Positions 45,302 to 55,037 of a stretch of DNA of 64,000 nt are shown here, piece by piece. A model generated the notes under the pieces. It searched no databases. It saw only the letters and a program-made list of their open reading frames with translations, and was not told where the DNA came from. This DNA comes from Pseudomonadales bacterium (GTDB lineage Bacteria; Pseudomonadota; Gammaproteobacteria; Pseudomonadales; UBA5518). The first letter of the stretch is position 1. Each line of letters starts with the position of its first letter. The translations under genes were made by a program, and so were the position numbers. The DNA lies in contig JAJVIG010000002.1 in the NCBI GenBank assembly GCA_022072145.1, positions 7,517 through 71,516 of the forward strand. Reading direction: 5' to 3'.

Positions 45302-47620
45302 ATGATGAACAAGAACGGTTTTGACGCGGCTCGCACGCTGCTCGCGCTGGCGGTGGCCGCGGCGGGGCCACCCGTGCTCGCCGCCCCGGTGCTCGAGGAG
45401 ATCATCGTCACCGCGCAGAAGCGCGAGCAGACGCTGCAGGAGATCCCGGTCGCCGTCTCGGCGTACAGCGGGGATTTCATCGTCGATTCCAACGTCGGCG
45501 ACATCCGCGGCCTGGTCGACCTCACCCCCGGCTTCAACGGCAAGACCGAGGACAGTTTCATCGATGCGCTCGCGATCCGCGGCATCGTGACCAACGACTT
45601 CGGCATCGGCGGCGACCCCTCGGTGCCGATTTTCACCGACGGCGTCTGGCAGGGCCGCAACGGCGGCGTGCAGATGAACTTCTACGACATCGAGCGCGTC
45701 GAGGTGGTGAAGGGCCCGCAGGCCACGCTGTTCGGGCGCAACGCGATCGCCGGGGCGGTCAGCATCATCACCAACAAGCCGATCGACGAGTTCGAGGCGC
45801 GCCTGAGTGCCGGCGTCGAGGAGTTCGGGCACCTCGAGGCGCACGGCATGGTCAACCTGCCGCTCGGCGAGAACTGGTACCTGCGCGCCAACCTGCAGGG
45901 CATGCGCGACGACGGCTGGCTGGACAACCTCGCCGGCGGCGATGACCTCGGCGGGCACGAACAACTTTCGGCGCGCGTGGCGCTGCGCTATGCCGGCGAG
46001 GACTTCGACGCGGTGGTGTCCTTCGGCGCCGAGGATCGCAGCCAGGATCCCTCGGTGTACTGGGATCCCAGCCTGGGGCTGGACGAGGACGAGGTGAACA
46101 CCGACCTCGGCGACCGTGGCTACGACCGCTCCGGGATTTATTCGCTGACCGCGAACCTGCGCTGGGACCTGGGCGAGAACTACAGCCTGAGTTCGATCAC
46201 GGGCTTCAAGACCTACGAATTCGAGTACCTCGAGGACTACGACGCGCGTCCCGAACGCATCAACCTGTACGGACAGGACAACGACGTCGAGTACTACAGC
46301 CAGGAAGTGCGGCTGAATTTCGACGGCGACCGCGTGAGCTGGTTCGTAGGCGCGGCCGGCTACGTCGAACTGGTCGAGGGCCAGTTCCTGTTCGGCTACA
46401 ACGAGAACGCGCTGTGCAACGCGGTCGGGCGCACCGACGCCGGGGACTTCAGCGCTCCCGTAACGGGCGGCTGCAACGACCCGGTGTTCGAGGAGTACTG
46501 GGAGGCGGACATCGATCCGGCGGACATCGTGGGCCGCAAGAGCGAGGATTCGTGGAACGACATGGAGAGCCGCGGCGTCTCCTTCTACGGTGACGTGACC
46601 TGGGCGCTCAGCGACCGGCTCGACCTCACCGTAGGTGCGCGCTGGACCTACGACGAGAAGGACATGCGCACGCGCGTGGCCAACAGCGGTGGTGCGCTCG
46701 GCAACAACTTCTCGTGGGAGTACCACACCCGCGGCTGGGTGCACGCCGACGACGACTGGAACGAATTCACGCCGCGCGTGGCCGTGAACTACGAACTGAA
46801 CGACCAGGTCTCGCTGTACGCGAACGTCTCCACCGGTTACAAGGCCGGCGGCTTCGGCACCTTCGGCATCACGGTGCCGGATGCCGACGGCGACGGCGAG
46901 ATCGACGTCACCCCGAGCGGGCAGGCATCGCCCGACAGCGTGCCGACGGTGTTCGATCCGGAGACCTCGATCAGCTACGAGGCCGGCGTGAAGACGCGCC
47001 TGCTCGACGACACGCTGCAACTCAACGCGGCGCTGTTCACCTATGTCTACGAAGACCTGCAGCTGATCTATTTCGACCAGGGCTCGCAGCTGGTCCAGAA
47101 CCTGGGCGAAGCCGAGAACACCGGTCTGGAACTCGATGCGCGCTGGCTGATCGGCGAGCATCTCGACCTGTTCGCGGCGCTGGCGTGGATGGACTCCGAG
47201 ATCAGCGACGCGAAGGAGATGAACGCGATCGGCGTCTGCGAGGATTGCGGCGGCAACCGCATGCCGATGGCGCCCGAGTGGAGCGGTGCGGTGCACCTGA
47301 GCTGGCGCGCGCCGGTGTGGTGCGGCGAGATGTTCGCCAAGGGCGAGTACAGCTTCCAGGACAAGATGTACAGCGACCTCGACAACATCGAGGCGATCGC
47401 GGTCGATTCGTGGGGCCAGTGGAACTTCCGCACCGGCTACGACGACGAGGGTGGCTGGGGCGTGACGGTCTACGTCGAGAACGCCTTCGACGAGGAGTAT
47501 TTCGAGCGCGGCTGGGCCAACGCCGACCCGCGCAACGAGTACGGCTACGGGCTGACCAACACGCTGGTGTGGCCAGCCAAGCCGCGCACCTTCGGCGCCA
47601 GCGCCTACATGAACTTCTGA
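45302..47620 (+). CDS. TonB-dependent outer-membrane receptor, embedded in the amine catabolic operon
   Basis: Its ATG directly abuts the puuD TGA. It has a signal peptide, the plug motif LEEIIVTAQKREQTLQEIPVAVSAY and the barrel end ...FGASAYMNF. Confidence 0.9.
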   Translation: MMNKNGFDAARTLLALAVAAAGPPVLAAPVLEEIIVTAQKREQTLQEIPVAVSAYSGDFIVDSNVGDIRGLVDLTPGFNGKTEDSFIDALAIRGIVTNDFGIGGDPSVPIFTDGVWQGRNGGVQMNFYDIERVEVVKGPQATLFGRNAIAGAVSIITNKPIDEFEARLSAGVEEFGHLEAHGMVNLPLGENWYLRANLQGMRDDGWLDNLAGGDDLGGHEQLSARVALRYAGEDFDAVVSFGAEDRSQDPSVYWDPSLGLDEDEVNTDLGDRGYDRSGIYSLTANLRWDLGENYSLSSITGFKTYEFEYLEDYDARPERINLYGQDNDVEYYSQEVRLNFDGDRVSWFVGAAGYVELVEGQFLFGYNENALCNAVGRTDAGDFSAPVTGGCNDPVFEEYWEADIDPADIVGRKSEDSWNDMESRGVSFYGDVTWALSDRLDLTVGARWTYDEKDMRTRVANSGGALGNNFSWEYHTRGWVHADDDWNEFTPRVAVNYELNDQVSLYANVSTGYKAGGFGTFGITVPDADGDGEIDVTPSGQASPDSVPTVFDPETSISYEAGVKTRLLDDTLQLNAALFTYVYEDLQLIYFDQGSQLVQNLGEAENTGLELDARWLIGEHLDLFAALAWMDSEISDAKEMNAIGVCEDCGGNRMPMAPEWSGAVHLSWRAPVWCGEMFAKGEYSFQDKMYSDLDNIEAIAVDSWGQWNFRTGYDDEGGWGVTVYVENAFDEEYFERGWANADPRNEYGYGLTNTLVWPAKPRTFGASAYMNF

Positions 47621-47638
47621 GACGATACCCCAGCCACA

Positions 47639-47666
47639 GCGAAGCCGGCGTCCCCGCCGGCTTCGC
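47639..47666 (+). terminator. Strong GC hairpin (12-bp stem, 4-nt loop) between the receptor and puuA-like genes; candidate terminator or attenuator
   Basis: GCGAAGCCGGCG-TCCC-CGCCGGCTTCGC begins 19 nt after the receptor stop. Only a short GTT follows, so intrinsic termination is uncertain. Confidence 0.45.
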
Positions 47667-47686
47667 CGTTCAGGGCCGGTGACAGC

Positions 47687-49051
47687 ATGCACAGCGAAGC
47701 GCAGTCCCGCAGCGAATCCGCGCAGTTCCTGCAGCGTAACCCCGACGTCGAGGTCGTCGAGGTGCTGCTGCCGGACATCAACGGCCAGATGCGCGGCAAG
47801 TGGGTAGGCCGCGATGGCCTGGGCAAGGTGTTCACCGGCGGCTACAAGCTGCCGGTGTCGACGGTTGCCTTCGACATCTGGGGCCGTGACATCGGCGCCA
47901 CCGTGTTCGCCGACGGCGACGCCGACGGCGTGTGCCTGCCGGTGCCCGGCACGCTGACACGGGTGCCGTGGCTCGCGCGGCCCACGGGGCAGTTGCTGGT
48001 GTCGATGGGCAGCGTGGATGCGAGGCCTTACGCCGGCGATGCGCGCACCGTGCTGGCCGGCGTGCTGGCACGTTACGCGCGGCTCGGCCTGCGTCCGGTG
48101 GTGGCGGCCGAGATGGAGTTCTACCTGTTCGAGCGCGAGCGCGCCCCCGACGGCACGCCGCGGCACTCGCAGACCGCCAGTGGCGCGCGGGAGCTGATCG
48201 GCGGACAGACCTACGGCATCGACGCGATGCAGGACATCGCGGAGCTGATGCACGGCGTGCGCGAGGCCGCGCGCGTGCAGGGACTGCCGGTGGACACGCT
48301 GATCACCGAGGCGGCCCCGTCACAGTTCGAGATCAACCTGCTGCACCGCGACGACGCGCTGCGCGCCTGCGACGAGGCGCTGCTGCTCAAGCGTGCGATC
48401 CGCGGCGTCGCGCGTGCCGGGAACCGGCACGCTTCGTTCATGGCCAAGCCGTTCGGGCACCTCGCCGGCAGCGGCATGCACATCCATTTCAGCCTGATCG
48501 ACGCCGACGGACGCAACGTGTTCGACGACGACACCGACCACGGCAGCCCGATGCTGCGCCACGCGGTCGCCGGCTGCCTCGCGACGATGGGCGAGGCGAT
48601 GGCGCTGTTCGCGCCGAACGCCAACTCCTACCGCCGTTTCCGCCCCGGTTCGCACGCGCCGCACGCGCCCACCTGGGGGTACGAGAACCGCACCACCGCG
48701 GTGCGCATCCCGGGCGGTTCGCGGCGTGCGATCCGCCTCGAGCACCGCGTCTGCGGGGCCGATGCGAACCCGTACCTGGCGGTGGCCGCGCTGCTCGCCG
48801 GCGCGTTGCAGGGCATCGAGCACCGGCTGCAGCCGCCGGCGCCGGTGGCCGGCGATGCCTACGCGCAGCATCCGCCGGGGCTGCCGCGCTTCTGGCCCGA
48901 CGCGCTGCGCACCTTCGAGCGTTCGGAGTTCGTCGGCGAGTATCTGGGCGAGGAAATCCGGCGCGTGTACCTCGGCTCGAAGTGGCAGGAGCTCGAGGAA
49001 CTGAACACCCGCGTGCCGGCGGTCGAATACGATGCGTACCTGGACCTGTAG
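47687..49051 (+). CDS. puuA: Glutamine synthetase family protein, PuuA-like gamma-glutamyl-amine ligase
   Basis: It has a GS beta-grasp N-domain (VEVLLPDINGQMRGKWV) and a catalytic domain (FEINLLH, MHIHFSL, NRTTAVRIPG). Confidence 0.85.
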   Translation: MHSEAQSRSESAQFLQRNPDVEVVEVLLPDINGQMRGKWVGRDGLGKVFTGGYKLPVSTVAFDIWGRDIGATVFADGDADGVCLPVPGTLTRVPWLARPTGQLLVSMGSVDARPYAGDARTVLAGVLARYARLGLRPVVAAEMEFYLFERERAPDGTPRHSQTASGARELIGGQTYGIDAMQDIAELMHGVREAARVQGLPVDTLITEAAPSQFEINLLHRDDALRACDEALLLKRAIRGVARAGNRHASFMAKPFGHLAGSGMHIHFSLIDADGRNVFDDDTDHGSPMLRHAVAGCLATMGEAMALFAPNANSYRRFRPGSHAPHAPTWGYENRTTAVRIPGGSRRAIRLEHRVCGADANPYLAVAALLAGALQGIEHRLQPPAPVAGDAYAQHPPGLPRFWPDALRTFERSEFVGEYLGEEIRRVYLGSKWQELEELNTRVPAVEYDAYLDL

Positions 49052-49080
49052 TCCGAAGCCGGCGGAATGAGGGGGTGGTC

Positions 49081-50349
49081 GTGAGACGGATACTGGCGCT
49101 GGGACTGTTGCTGGTGGCAGGAGCCGCGCAGGCGGCGGACACGCTGATCACGGCGGCACGCCTGCTCGACGTGCGCAGTGGACGCCTGCTCGACAGCCCG
49201 TCGATCCTGGTGCGCGAGGGACGCATCGTCGCGGTGACGCACGGCGCGCAACCGGCGCCCGGCTCGCCCGAGGCGACCGTGATCCGGCTCGACGGCATGA
49301 CGTTGCTGCCGGGCCTGATCGACATGCACACGCACATCGACGGCGATCCGCAGTACGGCGGCTACACGGGGCTGCAGTTCAACGACCGCTTCTGGTCGAT
49401 GATCGCGGTGCCCAACGCCGCGCGCACGCTGGACGCCGGCTTCACCACGATCCGCAACGTGGGCTCCAGCGAGTGGAACGACGTCGGGCTGCGCGAGGCG
49501 ATCGACGCCGGCAAGGTGCGCGGGCCGCGCATCGTGAGCGCCGCGCACGCCTTCGGCTCGACCGGCGGGCATTGCGACTCGACCTTCTTCCCGCCGTCGA
49601 TGCGCGAGCGGAGCCCCTACAACGCCGACAGCCCGGACGAGGGACGCAAGCGCGTGCGCGAGCTGCGCAAGTACGGCGCGCAGCTGATCAAGATCTGCGC
49701 CACCGGCGGCGTGTTCTCGCGCAACACCGAGCCGGGGCAGCAGCAGCTCAGCCTGCGCGAGATGAGCGCGATCGTCGAGGAGGCGCATATGCAGGGGCTG
49801 CGGGTCGCCGCGCACGCGCACGGCGCGGCGGGCATCAAGGACGCGATCCGCGCCGGCGTGGACACCATCGAGCACGCCAGCCTGATCGACGACGAGGGGA
49901 TCCGGCTCGCGCGCGAGAAGGGCGCCTGGCTGTCGATGGACATCTACAACACCGAGTACACGCAGGCCGAGGGGCGGCGCAACGGCGTGCTCGAGGACAA
50001 CCTGCGCAAGGACCGCGAGATCGCCGAAATCCAGCGCGAGGGCTTTCGCAAGGCCTTCGCTGCCGGCGTGAAGATGGTCTACGGCACCGATGCCGGCGTG
50101 CACCCGCACGGCGACAATGCGCGCCAGTTCCGCTGGATGGTCGAGTACGGCATGAAACCGATCGACGCGATCCGCGCCGCCACGCTGAACGCGGCCGAGG
50201 CGCTCGACAGCGCCGACGTCGGGGTGATCGAACCGGGCCGCTACGCCGACCTCGTCGCGGTGGCGGGCGACCCGACCGCCGACGTCACGCTGCTCGAGGC
50301 CGTAGCCGTGGTGATCAAGGGCGGCGAAGTGATGCGGGACGCGCGCTGA
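49081..50349 (+). CDS. Secreted amidohydrolase-superfamily metallohydrolase (prolidase / Xaa-basic dipeptidase-like, COG1228 type)
   Basis: The start is GTG with GAGGGG upstream. It has a signal peptide (RRILALGLLLVAGAAQAAD), the metal motif GLIDMHTHI, KICATGG and a later AHAHG. Confidence 0.82.
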   Translation: MRRILALGLLLVAGAAQAADTLITAARLLDVRSGRLLDSPSILVREGRIVAVTHGAQPAPGSPEATVIRLDGMTLLPGLIDMHTHIDGDPQYGGYTGLQFNDRFWSMIAVPNAARTLDAGFTTIRNVGSSEWNDVGLREAIDAGKVRGPRIVSAAHAFGSTGGHCDSTFFPPSMRERSPYNADSPDEGRKRVRELRKYGAQLIKICATGGVFSRNTEPGQQQLSLREMSAIVEEAHMQGLRVAAHAHGAAGIKDAIRAGVDTIEHASLIDDEGIRLAREKGAWLSMDIYNTEYTQAEGRRNGVLEDNLRKDREIAEIQREGFRKAFAAGVKMVYGTDAGVHPHGDNARQFRWMVEYGMKPIDAIRAATLNAAEALDSADVGVIEPGRYADLVAVAGDPTADVTLLEAVAVVIKGGEVMRDAR

Positions 50350-50352
50350 ACC

Positions 50353-52329
50353 ATGGCGCTGCTGCAACTCGACGAGGCCCGGATCCGCGGCTGGACGCGC
50401 GGGCAGAAGGACCGCTGGTGGCTCGAGAACGTCTACCGGGGAGAGATGGCGCAGCTCACGCTGCGCTCGGGGCTCACCGGCTTCGTGCTCGGCGGCGTGC
50501 TCGCGGCGACGGCGCTCTACATCGGCGGCAAGACCGGCATCTCGATCGGCGTAGGGCTCACCTCGGTGATCCTCGCGTTCGCGATCTTCCGCGTGCTGGC
50601 CGGTACGGGGCTGGTAAGTGACCTGACGATCCTCGAGAACAACTGCACGCAGTCGATCGCGACCGCGGCCGGCTACATGATCACGCCGCTGATCTCCAGC
50701 CTCGCTGCGTACATGCTGGTCACCGGGCACATCGTGCCGTGGTGGCAGATGGTGATCTGGACCACGGTGATCTCGATCCTCGGCGTGCTGGTCGCGTTTC
50801 CGCTCAAACGCCGTTTCATCAACGAGGAGCAGCTGCCGTTTCCCGAGGGTCGGGCCTGCGGCGTGGTGCTCGATTCGCTGTACGACGGGCACGCGGCCGA
50901 GGGCATGTTCAAGGCGCGCCTGCTCGCCGCGAGCGCCTCGCTGGCCGCGCTGTACCAGTTCGTCTCCAGCGACGGCTGGATGCGCCTGCTGCAGTTCCGC
51001 CTGCTGCGCCTGGACCGCTGGGCCGGGCTGCGCGAGCCGTGGCATTTCAGCGAGCGCTTCGACACCTACTACTACCTGTGGGCAGAGCGCGTCGGCGGCT
51101 GGATCCCGCGCATCCTCGGCGTCGACATCCGCCAGCTCGGCCTGCGCTTCACGCTCGACGTGGCGATGGTCGGGGTGGGCGGGCTGATGGGGATCCGCGT
51201 CGCGAGCAGCTGCCTGCTCGGCGCAGTGGTCAACTTCGCCGTGCTCGCGCCGCTGATGATCCGCAACGGCGACATTCGCGAGTACCTGTCGCCCGCAGGC
51301 GTGTTGGTGCCGATCTCGCGCGCCGAGATCGTGAACCAGTGGTCGCTGTGGTGGGCGGTCACGATGATGGTCGCGGGTTCGCTGGTCGGACTGCTGGCAC
51401 GCCCGGAGCTGTTCACGAGCGCGCTGGCGTCGCTCGCACGCAAGGGACCGCGCGGCCCCGACGTGTTGGGCCACATCGAGCTGCCGCTGTGGATGTCGGC
51501 GGTCGGCGTGCCGCTGTTCAGCGTGCTCGGCGCCTGGGTCACGCACGCCTTTTTCGGCGTGCCGTGGCTGCTCGCCTTCGTGTCGTTGCCGCTGATCTTC
51601 GTGCTGACCGTGATCTGCACGAACTCGATGGCGCTGACTTCGTGGACCCCGACCGGCGCGCTGTCGAAGATCACGCAGTTCACGATGGGCGCCATCGATC
51701 GCGCGAACCCGGCCAGCAACCTGATCCCGGCCGGCATGACCGCCGAGATCGCCTCCAACGCGGCCAACCTGCTCTCCGACATCAAGCCCGGCTACATGCT
51801 GGGCGCGAAGCCGCGCCAGCAGGCGATCGGGCACGTGATCGGCATCTTCGCCGGATCGCTGACCGCGACGCCGCTGTTCTTCCTGCTGTTCCTGCCGCCG
51901 GATGCGAACGGCCAGCGCTCGGTGTCGACGATCGTTTCGGAGCAGTTCGCGATGCCGGCCGCGCTGCAGTGGAAGGGCGTCGCGGACCTGATCGCCAACG
52001 GACTTGCCGGCCTGCCCGCGAGCGCACTCGTCGCGATGGCGTTCGCGGCACTGACCGCGGTCGCCTTCGAGGTGGCGCGCATCCGCAGCAACGGCCGTTT
52101 TCCCTTGTCGCCGGTCGCGATCGGGCTCGGCGTGGTGCTTCCGCCGGAAGCGAGCTTCGCGATGTTCCTCGGCGCGCTGCTGTTCTGGTGGATGGGTCGC
52201 ACTCGTCCGGCGCCCGGGACGCGCGCCCACGCGCTGTGGGTCGAGGGCTGCGAGCCGATCTGCGCCGGCCTGATCTCGGGCGCGGCGTTGATCGGCATCG
52301 GCAACGCGATCGTCAACGTGCTGCTTTGA
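50353..52329 (+). CDS. OPT-family oligopeptide transporter
   Basis: The 658-aa polytopic protein has the OPT-type N-terminus ...VYRGEMAQLTLRSGLTGFVLGGVLAATALYIGGKTGISIG. It starts 3 nt after the amidohydrolase stop. Confidence 0.8.
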   Translation: MALLQLDEARIRGWTRGQKDRWWLENVYRGEMAQLTLRSGLTGFVLGGVLAATALYIGGKTGISIGVGLTSVILAFAIFRVLAGTGLVSDLTILENNCTQSIATAAGYMITPLISSLAAYMLVTGHIVPWWQMVIWTTVISILGVLVAFPLKRRFINEEQLPFPEGRACGVVLDSLYDGHAAEGMFKARLLAASASLAALYQFVSSDGWMRLLQFRLLRLDRWAGLREPWHFSERFDTYYYLWAERVGGWIPRILGVDIRQLGLRFTLDVAMVGVGGLMGIRVASSCLLGAVVNFAVLAPLMIRNGDIREYLSPAGVLVPISRAEIVNQWSLWWAVTMMVAGSLVGLLARPELFTSALASLARKGPRGPDVLGHIELPLWMSAVGVPLFSVLGAWVTHAFFGVPWLLAFVSLPLIFVLTVICTNSMALTSWTPTGALSKITQFTMGAIDRANPASNLIPAGMTAEIASNAANLLSDIKPGYMLGAKPRQQAIGHVIGIFAGSLTATPLFFLLFLPPDANGQRSVSTIVSEQFAMPAALQWKGVADLIANGLAGLPASALVAMAFAALTAVAFEVARIRSNGRFPLSPVAIGLGVVLPPEASFAMFLGALLFWWMGRTRPAPGTRAHALWVEGCEPICAGLISGAALIGIGNAIVNVLL

Positions 52330-54085
52330 TCCAGCGTTCGATTTTCTGCTGCAGCACCGGCAGCGGCACCACGCCGTCGGCCAGCACTTCGTCGTGGAAG
52401 GCGCGCAGATCGAAGCGGTTGCCGAGCGTCTGCTGCGCGTGGTCGCGCAGGCGCTGGATCTCCAGCGCGCCGCTCATGTACGCCAGTGCCTGCCCCGGCC
52501 ACGAGATATAGCGTTCGACCTCGGCCCGCGCGTCCGCCTCCGACATCGGCGAATTGTCGAGGAAATGCTGGATCGCGCGCTCGCGCGACCAGCCGAAGGC
52601 GTGCAGCCCGGTGTCGACGACGAGACGGTTGGCGCGGAACAAGCGGCTGTGCAGGAAGCCGAGCAGGGCGAGCGGGTCCTCGTACAGGCCCATGCCGTGC
52701 CCCAGCGTCTCGGCGTAGAGCGCCCAGCCCTCGCCGTAGGCGGTGATCCAGCCGAAGCGCTGGAAGTCCGGCAGGTGCGTGGACTCGGTGGCGAGCGAGG
52801 ACTGGAAGTGATGTCCCGGCACCGCCTCGTGCAGCGACAACGCCACCGTCTCGTAGGTCGGGATGCGCGTGAGATCCGAAGTGTTCAGGTAGAACACGCC
52901 GGGACGCGTCCCGCCCGCGTCCGGGCGCTGGTAGCTGCCGCCGGCGGCGCTCGCCGCGCGGAAGGCCTCGACCGGCCGCACCTCGTAGTCGGCGCGCGGC
53001 AGGCGACCGAAGTACTGCCCGACACGCTCGGCAACGTGCTGCTTCATGGCGCGATACGCGCCCAGCGCCGCCTCCTCGTTCGCATGCAGGTACGCATCGC
53101 TGCTGCGCAGCTGATCGTAGAACGCACGCAGGTCGCCCTCGAAGCCGAGTCGCTCGCGCACGCGGTCCATCTCGCGCGCGAGCAGCGCCACCTGCTCCTG
53201 CCCCGTCTGGTGGATCTGCGCGGCGGTGGCGGGCAGCGTGGTGTTGGCGCGGATGTCGAGCGCGTACCACGTCGCCCCGTCCGCGAGCGCCGAACGGCCG
53301 ACCGTGGTGCGCGCCGCGGGCAGGTATTCGTCGTGCATGAAATCGCGCAACGCGCGATAGCCGGGAACGATGCGGGTCGTGATCAGCGCCCGATAGCGCG
53401 GCTCGAGTGCCTCGCGCTCCGGCCCGGGCGCCAGTTTCGCCACCGGACCCCAGAACACGCTGCGGGCCGGATCGTCGACGATGTGCGCCTCGAGTTGCGG
53501 CAGGATGCGCTCGACCAGCACGCGTGGCAGCACCACGCCGGTCTCGACGCCGCGGCGCATGTTCGCGATCGCCAGCGCCACCCACTCGGGCCAGGCACCG
53601 GCGCGCGCCAGCCAGGCTTCGTGGTCGGCCCGGTCCGCGAACGGCTGGAAGCCGCTGCCCGAGCCGAGTTGCGCCAGTTCGAGGTGAAGCCCGTTGAACT
53701 GCGTGAGCGGCATCAGCGCCTGGCGCGCCGCGAAGCCGGAATCGTGGCGCTCGCGCACCAGCTCGAGGTTGAAGCGGAACGTCGCTACGCTGACCTGCTC
53801 GGCCAGGCTCAGCATCCGCTGTTCGATGGTGTCCAGGCGCTGCAGATGGCGGCGTGTCATCGCCAGCTCGTCGGCCAGCCAGCGCGCGCTGATCTCGTCG
53901 GCGAGCACCGCGTTGTAGCGGCGGTCGCCGCGCAGTGTCGCCTCGTGCGGATTGAGCCGCAGATAGTCCTGCTCGTAGTCCGCGAACACCGTGCGCAGTG
54001 CGGCGGAGGTGTCGGCGGCCAGCACGAGCGGCGCGGCCAGCAGCGTCAGGAACAGCAGTGCGATGCGGGGCAGTGTAGCGGTCAT
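52313..54085 (-). CDS. DUF885-family secreted protein (putative metallopeptidase-like)
   Basis: It has a signal peptide (MTATLPRIALLFLTLLAAPLVLA) and the family motifs HEAVPGHHFQ and ERYISWPGQALAY. Its 3' end overlaps the OPT 3' end by 17 nt. Confidence 0.8.
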   Translation of the reverse strand: MTATLPRIALLFLTLLAAPLVLAADTSAALRTVFADYEQDYLRLNPHEATLRGDRRYNAVLADEISARWLADELAMTRRHLQRLDTIEQRMLSLAEQVSVATFRFNLELVRERHDSGFAARQALMPLTQFNGLHLELAQLGSGSGFQPFADRADHEAWLARAGAWPEWVALAIANMRRGVETGVVLPRVLVERILPQLEAHIVDDPARSVFWGPVAKLAPGPEREALEPRYRALITTRIVPGYRALRDFMHDEYLPAARTTVGRSALADGATWYALDIRANTTLPATAAQIHQTGQEQVALLAREMDRVRERLGFEGDLRAFYDQLRSSDAYLHANEEAALGAYRAMKQHVAERVGQYFGRLPRADYEVRPVEAFRAASAAGGSYQRPDAGGTRPGVFYLNTSDLTRIPTYETVALSLHEAVPGHHFQSSLATESTHLPDFQRFGWITAYGEGWALYAETLGHGMGLYEDPLALLGFLHSRLFRANRLVVDTGLHAFGWSRERAIQHFLDNSPMSEADARAEVERYISWPGQALAYMSGALEIQRLRDHAQQTLGNRFDLRAFHDEVLADGVVPLPVLQQKIERWIKAAR

Positions 54086-54108
54086 GCGGGTGGACTCCGG
54101 TTCAGGAC

Positions 54109-55023
54109 TCACGGTCCGGCAAGCGCGCCGGCGGGCCTTTCACGGTTCAGGTACCCGGTCAGCGGATCACCGCCGCGCCAGGCGCCGCCGCTGCCCAGCG
54201 AATCGATGAACAGGTGGAACAGTTCGGCCTGCGAGCAGACGTCGAGTTTCGCGTAGCTGTGCTTGCGGTGCAGCTTGACCGTCTCCGGCGAGATGCGCAG
54301 CCGCTCGGCGATCGATTTCGTCGAATGTCCGCGCAGCAGCAGTTGCAGCACCTCGGCCTCGCGTTCGGTGAGGAAGTCGCGGCCGAAGAATTCCAGCGCC
54401 GAATCCAGCTGCCGGGTCAGCGGGCGTGCATCGCCGTTTGGCGGTGGCGCCCAGTGGCGGGCCGCGAGTTCGCGCAGCACGGGTTCGAATTCGCGCAGGC
54501 GGCGCAGTTCCGCGGCGGTGAAACGCGCGCGCGGGCCGCGGCGTGCCAGCGAGACATGCACGCACAGCGCTGGTGCAGGATGCAGCAGGTAACCGATCTC
54601 GTCACTTATGCCGGTGCGCGCGTAGTGCAGGCGGTAGTATTCGGTGGAACGGAACGCGGCGGGCGCGAGTTCCTGCAGGCGGAAACAGCCCTCGGTGGCG
54701 CCGTCGGCGAAGGCGCGATAGAAGGGATCGAGCAGGTAGGCGGCCTTCAGGTACAGCGCCACGTTGGCCGGGCCTTCGCGGCCGGCGCTGCGATCGCAGG
54801 CGAGTTCGGGCGCGCCGCCCTCGCGAAACAGCACGACCATCACGTCGTCGGCGGGAACCATCGCCTGCAGCAGATCGGCCAGGGTGCCCGGGAAGCGCTC
54901 GCCGCCCAGCGCGCGCAAACCGTCCGCCAGCGCCCGGTCGAGCGCGCCTTGCCGGGAAAGTCCGTGATTCACCAAGCGCGGGTTGTCCCTGTGCCGGTTT
55001 ATTTTCCGCGCACCATAAATCAT
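54109..55023 (-). CDS. LuxR/FixJ-type HTH transcriptional regulator with no receiver domain
   Basis: It has the C-terminal HTH LTEREAEVLQLLLRGHSTKSIAERLRISPETVKLHRKHSYAKL. I chose the start at MIYGARK (ATG 55023). The upstream 72 codons of the ORF are REP-array translation. Confidence 0.82.
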   Translation of the reverse strand: MIYGARKINRHRDNPRLVNHGLSRQGALDRALADGLRALGGERFPGTLADLLQAMVPADDVMVVLFREGGAPELACDRSAGREGPANVALYLKAAYLLDPFYRAFADGATEGCFRLQELAPAAFRSTEYYRLHYARTGISDEIGYLLHPAPALCVHVSLARRGPRARFTAAELRRLREFEPVLRELAARHWAPPPNGDARPLTRQLDSALEFFGRDFLTEREAEVLQLLLRGHSTKSIAERLRISPETVKLHRKHSYAKLDVCSQAELFHLFIDSLGSGGAWRGGDPLTGYLNRERPAGALAGP

Positions 55024-55037
55024 TTCCCGCTGCCGGT

